Positions 1 to 10,100 of a stretch of DNA of 64,000 nt are shown here, one piece after another. Source of the stretch: Phaeosaccion multiseriatum (Eukaryota > Protista > Ochrophyta, other classes); assembly GCA_965112735.1 (NCBI GenBank), contig OZ218954.1, forward strand, positions 2,542,001 through 2,606,000, written 5' to 3'. Numbering within the stretch: the first letter of the stretch is position 1; every line of letters begins with the position of its first letter. The translations under genes were made by a program, and so were the position numbers. Under the pieces are notes generated by a model that worked only from the letters and a program-made list of their open reading frames with translations, was not told the origin of the DNA and ran no database searches.

Positions 1-2998
1 CCCCTGGTTGGGCCCAAAGCAAGCATTTGCGGGGCACAAACAGCCTAAATGACGGGTTGGTGTGTCATACCATGCTTGCGCAGAGCATTGGATCATCACG
101 ACTGGCCTATCCGACACACTGCATCGCCACAACAGCGCCCACTGGGACCTTGAATGGGCTCAACAGGCCCAATCTGGCCCCTGGTTGGGCCCAAAGCAAG
201 CATTTGCGGGGCACAAACAGCCTAAATGACGGGTTGGCGTGTCATACCATGCCCGCGCAGAGCATCGGATCATCACGACTGGCCTATCCGACACACTGCA
301 TCGCCACAACAGCGCCCAGTGGGACATTGAATGGGCTCAACAGGCCCAATCTGGCCCCTGGTTGGGCCCAAAGCAAGCATTTGCGGGGCACAAACAGCCT
401 AAATGACGGGTTGGTGTGTCATACCATGCTTGCGCAGAGCATCGGATCATCACGACTGGCCTATCCGACACACTGCATCGCCACAACAGCGCCCACTGGG
501 ACCTTTAATGGGCTCAACAGGCCCAATCTGGCCCCTGGTTGGGCCCAAAGCAAGCATTTGCGGGGCACAAACAGCCTAAATGACGGGTTAGTGTGTCATA
601 CCATGCCTGCGCAGAGCATCGGATCATCACGACTGGCCTATCCGACACACTGCATCGCCACAACAGCGCCCAGTGGGACCTTGAATGGGCTCAACAGGCC
701 CAATCTGGCCCCTGGTTGGGCCCAAAGCAAGCATTTGCGGGGCACAAACAGCCTAAATGACGGGTTGGTGTGTCATACCATGCCCGCGCAGAGCATCGGA
801 TCATCACGACTGGCCTATCCGACACACTGCATCGCCACAACAGCGCCCAGTGGGACCTTGAATGGGCTCAACAGGCCCAATCTGGCCCCTGGTTGGGCCC
901 AAAGCAAGCATTTGCGGGGCACAAACAGCCTAAATGACGGGTTGGCGTGTCTCAACATGCCCGCGCAGAGCATCGGATCATCACGACTGGCCTATCCGAC
1001 ACACTGCATCGCCACAACAGCGCCCAGTGGGACATTGAATGGGCTCAACAGGCCCAATCTGGCCCCTGGTTGGGCCCAAAGCAAGCATTTGCGGGGCACA
1101 AACAGCCTAAATGACGGGTTGGTGTGTCATACCATGCCCGCGCAGAGCATCGGATCATCACGACTGGCCTATCCGACACACTGCATCGCCACAACAGCGC
1201 CCACTGGGACCTTTAATGGGCTCAACAGGCCCAATCTGGCCCCTGGTTGGGCCCAAAGCAAGCATTTGAGGGGCACAAACAGCCTAAATGACGGGTTAGT
1301 GTGTCATACCATGCCTGCGCAGAGCATCGGATCATCACGACTGGCCTATCCGACACACTGCATCGCCACAACAGCGCCCAGTGGGACCTTGAATGGGCTC
1401 AACAGGCCCAATCTGGCCCCTGGTTGGGCCCAAAGCAAGCATTTGCGGGGCACAAACAGCCTAAATGACGGGTTGGCGTGTCATACCATGCCCGCGCAGA
1501 GCATCGGATCATCACTACTGGCCTATCCGACACACTGCATCGCCACAACAGCGCCCAGTGGGACCTTGAATGGGCTCAACAGGCCCAATCTGGCCCCTGG
1601 TTGGGCCCAAAGCAAGCATTTGCGGGGCACAAACAGCCTAAATGACGGGTTGGTGTGTCATACCATGCCCGCGCAGAGCATCGTATCAGCACGACTGGCC
1701 TATCCGACACACTGTATCGCCACAACAGCGCCCAGTGGGGTGACGAATACGCTCAACAGGCCCAATCTGGCCCCTGGTTGGGCCCCAAGCAAGCATTTGC
1801 GGGGCACAAACAGCCTGAATGACGGTTTGGCGTGTCATACCATGCCCGCGCAGAGCATCGTATCAGCACGACTGGCCTATCCGACACACTGCATCGCCAC
1901 AACAGCGCCCACTGGGTCGTCGAATGGGCTCAACAGGCCCAATCTGGCCCCTGGTTGGGCCCAAAGCAAGCATTTGCGGGGCACAAACAGCCTAAATGAC
2001 GGGTTGGCGTGTCTCAACATGCCCGCGCAGAGCATCGGATCATCACGACTGGCCTATCCGACACACTGCATCGCCACAACAGCGACCAGTGGGACCTTGA
2101 ATGCGCTCAACAGGCCCAATCTGGCCCCTGGTTGGGCCCAAAGCAAGCATTTGCGGGGCACAAACAGCCTAAATGACGGGTTGGCGTGTCTCAACATGCC
2201 CGCGCAGAGCATCGGATCATCACGACTGGCCTATCCGACACACTGCATCGCCACAACAGCGCCCAGTGGGACCTTGAATGGGCTCAACAGGCCCAATCTG
2301 GCCCCTGGTTGGGCCCAAAGCAAGCATTTGCGGGGCACAAACAGCCTAAATGACGGGTTGGTGTGTCATACCATGCTTGCGCAGAGCATTGGATCATCAC
2401 GACTGGCCTATCCGACACACTGCATCGCCACAACAGCGCCCACTGGGACCTTGAATGGGCTCAACAGGCCCAATCTGGCCCCTGGTTGGGCCCAAAGCAA
2501 GCATTTGCGGGGCACAAACAGCCTAAATGACGGGTTGGTGTGTCATACCATGCTTGCGCAGAGCATCGGATCATCACGACTGGCCTATCCGACACACTGC
2601 ATCGCCACAACAGCGCCCACTGGGACCTTTAATGGGCTCAACAGGCCCAATCTGGCCCCTGGTTGGGCCCAAAGCAAGCATTTGCGGGGCACAAACAGCC
2701 TAAATGACGGGTTAGTGTGTCATACCATGCCTGCGCAGAGCATCGGATCATCACGACTGGCCTATCCGACACACTGCATCGCCACAACAGCGCCCAGTGG
2801 GACCTTGAATGGGCTCAACAGGCCCAATCTGGCCCCTGGTTGGGCCCAAAGCAAGGATTTGCGGGGCACAAACAGCCTAAATGACGGGTTACTGTGTCAT
2901 ACCATGCCCGCGCAGAGCATCGGATCATCACGACTGGCCTATCCGACACACTGCATCGCCACAACAGCGCCCACTGGGACGTCGAATGGGCTCAACAG
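1..2998. repeat. 177-bp satellite array, left segment (~17 monomers; continues beyond window start)
   Basis: Unit cccctggttgggcccaaagcaagcatttgcggggcacaaacagcctaaatgacggg...ctcaacaggcccaatctggc recurs every 177 nt (59-aa period in the ORF track); ends at ...ctcaacag (2998). Confidence 0.99.
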
Positions 2999-3466
2999 CC
3001 TGTTCAGCAGCGCAGCAACGGAACTTTGTTTCTCGCGGAACAGAGACGAGGAAGAGGTGGGAGACATGGGAGCCAGCAGGGCGAAGCGTCAGCGTAGGTG
3101 CTTGGTACCGCCCCAAGGGGGGGGGTCCCCTCTGGGGAGATGTACAGTATGTCAGTGAAGCAGGGAATTTAGATTTTTCAGAAGAGGAGAGACCTTGGCG
3201 TGTGCTGTCACTTACTGAGGCGCCGGAGACAGAGCCCAGGAAGAGTGGAGCACACTGTCAAGGAGGAGAGTAGATACTGGTGTGGTGGAAAGCGAGCCTC
3301 TTGTCCTGGGCCCGGACAGAGCGCTTGTGTCGGCCAAGGGGACCCGCCTGGTGTTGAGTACCGGGGTCCTCGTGGGCGAGGGAAGGAGAGATAGGGAGAC
3401 TGTGTCTGGTGTTGAGTGCCGACAGTGTCCACGGTGTTGAGTGCCGGAACTCTTCTTTTCTTTCCC
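2999..3466 (+). repeat. Split direct repeat A1 (~468 bp)
   Basis: cctgttcagcagcgcagcaacgg...ctcttcttttctttccc; same as A2 by eye except one G in a G-run. Confidence 0.97.
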
Positions 3467-5759
3467 TTTGCCGGTGTTGTGGGGCTCTACGGCTTAGGAG
3501 CGGTGTCTGGTGTTGAGTGCCGACCGCCTCCCCGGTGTTGAGTGCCGGCGCCTTTTGCCCTCTTCGCCCTTTCTTCCTTGCTGGTATCGCCGTAGGATCC
3601 GCGTCCGGTGTTGAGGCCGACGCCCTACTCATCTCTCCGCCCTCTCCTCTCTCCCGTGGCCCAAGGTTTGGGGGGTGTGGTCCACGGCATTTTTTGTCTT
3701 TTTACGAGACGAAAGGGGCTCCCGGGTGACGGCAGGCCCCTTAGCTCTTCCAGGTGTTTGTCTGTATGTTTGTCTGTGTATGTCCAGACGGTGTTTCTGT
3801 GTGTAGGGTGCGTATTTCCTGTGTTTGGCGTGCGAATATGCGCCTCCTCCGCAAAGGAGGCTGGCTCTGCGCGCGGTGACAACAGCGGCTCATCCCTCGC
3901 CATTCCGGCCCTCAACGGCGGGCGGGGCAGTCCTAGGCAACAGCAGCCGTGGTCACTGCCCCTACACACGATGTGTGTTTGTATCTGTGTGTGCTGGTCT
4001 GCGTCTGTGTGTGCTAGTGTGCGTTTGTGGGTGCTGGTGTCCCTGTATTGTGCCTTTGTCTATATCTGTGTGCCTGTGAATGTTTGTGTACGTCTGCGTG
4101 TTTACGTGTACCTCCCTTGTTGTTGGAGTGTCTCCCACCTACAACAGCAGTATGGCCAGAAGGAGGCGTACGTGGTCGCCACTGAGCTTGCCTGCAGTCT
4201 CTCTGGATGGGTGGGGGCGTAGCTGACCTTCGATACGGGAGCTCGCACGGCTCACCTCCGGCAGCTACATCCGAGAGACATATCGGGCCGAGGAGCGGCG
4301 AAGGGAAGGAGACGGACTACAGCTGTACCTCCCTCACCATCTCGAACGCATGGGAGGGGGAGGGGGGGGGTCCGATGGAGGCTCAGCTCTCAGGACAAAC
4401 AGCAACAGCAAAGCAAATAGTACGAGCGTCAAAGGTGGCAGCATGGATGCGAAGGCAGCTATTCGGGCTGTTGGAAGGAACCGGAGAGCCCTTTGATCGT
4501 GGTTGGCGCCTCGAGTTTGCGTGTGGAGCGGATATGGGACCTGTGGCCATAACAGCGAACCGATGGGCGACAAGAGAGGCACAGCATACGAGGGAGAATT
4601 GAGAATTGGAAGGCGGCATTGGGAGTGTACGGTACTCACATTTCGGGAGGTACGGCAGCGTTTGGTGACCGTCTACGGAGTGTACGGCGATGTACGTCGT
4701 CCGGTGCTGAAGGAAATTGGGGCATTGAGCAATCTGGCTACTTATCTGTAATGGACGGCGGAAGCATGATGTTTGGTCGTTCACAACAGCTATGGAGTGG
4801 AAGTCGGGGCCTGCCTGTGATGCAGAAGAGAAGGTGATGGTTTTTTCGGCGTTGGGGCTCGTGAGCGGTGTGAACATGGAGGATGGGAGAGAACAGGGCT
4901 TGTGGCTCGCTCTGCTTGCACGACTTACTTCCGGTAGTATGGATGGACTACCCTCTTGCTATCGTGCTCGGTGGTCGAGGGATTGGTGCCGCCGCGCTTG
5001 AGATATCGGACTTGTTCATTTTTCGGGCCCGCAGCACCGAGGTGTTTGGCATTCGCTGTATTGCTCAGCTGGTACAGCGGAAGTCCACGGCGGACGGTTG
5101 GAATCGCCGCAGAGTGGTCTTGGTACGGCGTGTGCAGAAGGGTAACTTCTACGAGTTGATGTTCGAAGAGCTTGGAGCGGAAAACATGAGCGCTTCTGTG
5201 AGGGCATTTTCGGCTTTTCTACAGGGGTTGGATATATGGACACTTTTGGATCTGTGATTCCGAAAAGAATCCGAATTTGCTGGTTTGGGCGCGCTTTGCT
5301 GCTTCCACCCGCCGTGCCAGAGGACTGCGCAGTGTATTTCGCTCAGTGGCTCGCCCCCCCCCCAGCACACCATCCCAAGCGAGTGGGGGGTGTGTGATGG
5401 TCAGCAGGGGGCGTGCGAAGGGACCTCTTCAAAGGACACTGAATCTGCCCGTGGCGACACCAGCGGCTCCTCCCTCGCCATCATTCCTCCCCCAGCAGCG
5501 GGGAGCGCAGCCCTTGGCAACAGCACCAGCAGCCCTACACCGGTACACGCGGCGGGTGTTTGTATGTGTGTGTGTACTGGTGTGCGTCTGTGTCTACTGT
5601 TGCCCCTGTATGTGTATTATTTTGTCTGTGTGCGTATGAATGTTTGTGTATCTTTGTGTTTTGTGTACCGGCCGACTACGATCGGGAGAGTGGGCTCCCG
5701 ACTAGGCTGGGGCAGGTGCTGCTGCACCCTCGCAGCGCACCGGTGGGTACTCGGATGGG

Positions 5760-6179
5760 TGGGGGTGAAGCGGGACTTGGGGTGCTCACTGCGGTGGCAC
5801 CCCAAGCTCCACTACATCCGAAACCCGGTGCCCGCCTCCCTCCATGGAGGCGGCCCCCTTGGAGGCGCTCTGCGCTCCCAAGGTGGGAGTCCCTCACGGG
5901 ACTGCCCCCCCCTACTAATGATGAGTCCTTCCCCCAACGTTAGCTACCCCTGGTCCACGACCTCTCCACCTGCGGAGCAGGTGGCCACTTGGGAGTCCAG
6001 CCCTATTCCTCTTGGCCTCGAACAGCCGGCTACGGCGTGGATGTGGATAGTCCTCAGCTTGCATACTGCGACGCCTTGGAGCGGGAGTCGGACATCTCCC
6101 GGGCCCTCGCCTACGACTGAAGGGAGGAGGCCTCTCACTGGCTTCCCACCTTCGCCCGAGCGCCGCGACGGCGCGAAAG
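5760..6179 (+). repeat. Split direct repeat B1 (420 bp)
   Basis: tgggggtgaagcgggacttgg...cgacggcgcgaaag; same as 6695-7114 (offset 935) and abuts A2 directly. Confidence 0.97.
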
Positions 6180-6646
6180 CCTGTTCAGCAGCGCAGCAAC
6201 GGAACTTTGTTTCTCGCGGAACAGAGACGAGGAAGAGGTGGGAGACATGGGAGCCAGCAGGGCGAAGCGTCAGCGTAGGTGCTTGGTACCGCCCCAAGGG
6301 GGGGGTCCCCTCTGGGGAGATGTACAGTATGTCAGTGAAGCAGGGAATTTAGATTTTTCAGAAGAGGAGAGACCTTGGCGTGTGCTGTCACTTACTGAGG
6401 CGCCGGAGACAGAGCCCAGGAAGAGTGGAGCACACTGTCAAGGAGGAGAGTAGATACTGGTGTGGTGGAAAGCGAGCCTCTTGTCCTGGGCCCGGACAGA
6501 GCGCTTGTGTCGGCCAAGGGGACCCGCCTGGTGTTGAGTACCGGGGTCCTCGTGGGCGAGGGAAGGAGAGATAGGGAGACTGTGTCTGGTGTTGAGTGCC
6601 GACAGTGTCCACGGTGTTGAGTGCCGGAACTCTTCTTTTCTTTCCC
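6180..6646 (+). repeat. Split direct repeat A2
   Basis: Copy of 2999-3466; junction gcgcgaaag|cctgttcag joins the element's right end sequence to its left end sequence. Confidence 0.97.
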
Positions 6647-6694
6647 ACCCACCCACCCTCAGTCTTAGTTTTAGTTTTAGATACTCATACATTA

Positions 6695-7114
6695 TGGGGG
6701 TGAAGCGGGACTTGGGGTGCTCACTGCGGTGGCACCCCAAGCTCCACTACATCCGAAACCCGGTGCCCGCCTCCCTCCATGGAGGCGGCCCCCTTGGAGG
6801 CGCTCTGCGCTCCCAAGGTGGGAGTCCCTCACGGGACTGCCCCCCCCTACTAATGATGAGTCCTTCCCCCAACGTTAGCTACCCCTGGTCCACGACCTCT
6901 CCACCTGCGGAGCAGGTGGCCACTTGGGAGTCCAGCCCTATTCCTCTTGGCCTCGAACAGCCGGCTACGGCGTGGATGTGGATAGTCCTCAGCTTGCATA
7001 CTGCGACGCCTTGGAGCGGGAGTCGGACATCTCCCGGGCCCTCGCCTACGACTGAAGGGAGGAGGCCTCTCACTGGCTTCCCACCTTCGCCCGAGCGCCG
7101 CGACGGCGCGAAAG
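6695..7114 (+). repeat. Split direct repeat B2 (element 3' terminus)
   Basis: Copy of B1, separated from A2 by a 48-bp spacer (acccacccaccctcagtcttagttttagttttagatactcatacatta); satellite resumes at 7115. Confidence 0.97.
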
Positions 7115-10100
7115 GCCCAATCTGGCCCCTGGTTGGGCCCAAAGCAAGCATTTGCGGGGCACAAACAGCCTAAATGACGGGTTGGTGTGTCATACCATGC
7201 CTGCGCAGAGCATCGGATCATCACGACTGGCCTATCCGACACACTGCATCGCCACAACAGCGCCCACTGGGACCTTGAATGGGCTCAACAGGCCCAATCT
7301 GGCCCCTGGTTGGGCCCAAAGCAAGCATTTGCGGGGCACAAACAGCCTAAATGACGGGTTGGTGTGTCATACCATGCCTGCGCAGAGCATCGGATCATCA
7401 CGACTGGCCTATCCGACACACTGCATCGCCACAACAGCGCCCACTGGGACCTTGAATGGGCTCAACAGGCCCAATCTGGCCCCTGGTTGGGCCCAAAGCA
7501 AGCATTTGCGGGGCACAAACAGCCTAAATGACGGGTTAGTGTGTCATACCATGCTTGCGCAGAGCATCGGATCATCACGACTGGCCTATCCGACACACTG
7601 CATCGCCACAACAGCGCCCAGTGGGACGTCGAATGGGCTCAACAGGCCCAATCTGGCCCCTGGTTAGGCCCAAAGCAATGCGGGGCACACACAGCCTAAA
7701 TGACGGGTTGGCGTGTCATACCATGCCCGCGCAGAGCATCGTATCAGCATGACTGGCCTATCCGACACACTGCATCGCCACAACAGCGCCCAGTGGGGTG
7801 ACGAATACGCTCAACAGGCCCAATCTGGCCCCTGGTTGGGCCCAAAGCAAGCATTTGCGGGGCACAAACAGCCTAAATGACGGGTTGGCGTGTCATACCA
7901 TGCCCGCGCAGAGCATCGGATCATCACGACTGGCCTATCCGACACACTGCATCGCCACAACAGCGCCCAGTGGGACCTTGAATGGGCTCAACAGGCCCAA
8001 TCTGGCCCCTGGTTGGGCCCAAAGCAAGCATTTGCGGGGCACAAACAGCCTAAATGACGGGTTAGCGTGTCTCAACATGCCCGCGCAGAGCATTGGATCA
8101 TCACGACTGACCTGTCCGACACACTGCATCGCCACAACAGCGCCCAGTGGGACCTTGAATGGGCTCAACAGGCCCAATCTGGCCCCTGGTTGGGCCCAAA
8201 GCAAGCATTTGCGGGGCACAAACAGCCTAAATGACGGGTTGGCGTGTCATACCATGCCCGCGCAGAGCATCGGATCATCACGACTGGCCTATCCGACACA
8301 CTGCATCGCCACAACAGCGCCCAGTGGGACCTTGAATGGGCTCAACAGGCCCAATCTGGCCCCTGGTTGGGCCCAAAGCAAGCATTTGCGGGGCACAAAC
8401 AGCCTAAATGACGGGTTAGTGTGTCATACCATGCTTGCGCAGAGCATCGGATCAGCACGACTGGCCTATCCGACACACTGCATCGCCACAACAGCGCCCA
8501 CTGGGACGTCGAATGGGCTCAACAGGCCCAATCTGGCCCCTGGTTGGGCCCAAAGCAAGCATTTGCGGGGCACAAACAGCCTAAATGACGGGTTGGCGTG
8601 TCATACCATGCCCGCGCAGAGCATCGGATCATCACTACTGGCCTATCCGACACACTGCATCGCCACAACAGCGCCCAGTGGGACCTTGAATGGGCTCAAC
8701 AGGCCCAATCTGGCCCCTGGTTGGGCCCAAAGCAAGCATTTGCGGGGCACAAACAGCCTAAATGACGGGTTAGTGTGTCATACCATGCTTGCGCAGAGCA
8801 TCGGATCAGCACGACTGGCCTATCCGACACACTGCATCGCCACAACAGCGCCCACTGGGACGTCGAATGGGCTCAACAGGCCCAATCTGGCCCCTGGTTG
8901 GGCCCAAAGCAAGCATTTGCGGGGCACAAACAGCCTAAATGACGGGTTGGTGTGTCATACCATGCTTGCGCAGAGCTTTGGATCAGCACGACTGGCCTAT
9001 CCGACACACTGCATCGCCACAACAGCGCCCACTGGGACCTTGAATGGGCTCAACAGGCCCAATCTGGCCCCTGGTTGGGCCCAAAGCAAGCATTTGCGGG
9101 GCACAAACAGCCTAAATGACGGGTTGGTGTGTCATACCATGCCTGCGCAGAGCATCGGATCATCACGACTGGCCTATCCGACACACTGCATCGCCACAAC
9201 AGCGCCCACTGGGACGTCGAATGGGCTCAACAGGCCCAATCTGGCCCCTGGTTGGGCCCAAAGCAAGCATTTGCGGGGCACAAACAGCCTAAATGACGGG
9301 TTGGTGTGTCATACCATGCCTGCGCAGAGCATCGGATCATCACGACTGGCCTATCCGACACACTGCATCGCCACAACAGCGCCCACTGGGACCTTGAATG
9401 GGCTCAACAGGCCCAATCTGGCCCCTGGTTGGGCCCAAAGCAAGCATTTGCGGGGCACAAACAGCCTAAATGACGGGTTAGTGTGTCATACCATGCTTGC
9501 GCAGAGCATCGGATCATCACGACTGGCCTATCCGACACACTGCATCGCCACAACAGCGCCCAGTGGGACGTCGAATGGGCTCAACAGGCCCAATCTGGCC
9601 CCTGGTTAGGCCCAAAGCAATGCGGGGCACACACAGCCTAAATGACGGGTTGGCGTGTCATACCATGCCCGCGCAGAGCATCGTATCAGCATGACTGGCC
9701 TATCCGACACACTGCATCGCCACAACAGCGCCCAGTGGGGTGACGAATACGCTCAACAGGCCCAATCTGGCCCCTGGTTGGGCCCAAAGCAAGCATTTGC
9801 GGGGCACAAACAGCCTAAATGACGGGTTGGCGTGTCATACCATGCCCGCGCAGAGCATCGGATCATCACGACTGGCCTATCCGACACACTGCATCGCCAC
9901 AACAGCGCCCAGTGGGACCTTGAATGGGCTCAACAGGCCCAATCTGGCCCCTGGTTGGGCCCAAAGCAAGCATTTGCGGGGCACAAACAGCCTAAATGAC
10001 GGGTTAGCGTGTCTCAACATGCCCGCGCAGAGCATTGGATCATCACGACTGACCTGTCCGACACACTGCATCGCCACAACAGCGCCCAGTGGGACCTTGA

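Larger units (their letters stand above)
2999..7114 (+). mobile_element. Non-autonomous tyrosine-recombinase retrotransposon with split direct repeats (Ngaro/PAT/TOC1-like), inserted in the satellite
   Basis: A1 2999-3466 = A2 6180-6646; B1 5760-6179 = B2 6695-7114; order A1...B1A2-B2. Removing 2999-7114 restores ctcaacag|gcccaatc exactly, with no TSD. 3' sequences are shared with the YR-encoding relic at 28.9-30.7 kb. Confidence 0.88.

Noticed and set aside
128-170. Hammerhead ribozyme in the satellite minus strand (ctgttgag-cccat...gtggg-cgctg)
   Set aside because: A stem II-like pairing exists, but the core reads CUGUUGA and GCUG instead of CUGANGA and GAAA.
2999-6646. LTR retrotransposon with A1/A2 as LTRs
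   Set aside because: No TG...CA ends, no TSD, no evident PBS/PPT, and the element continues through B2 to 7114.
5285-7173. 355-aa and 194-aa ORFs in the insertion
   Set aside because: They run through GT-rich and terminal-repeat DNA with no recognisable domain, and homologous relic DNA has indels.
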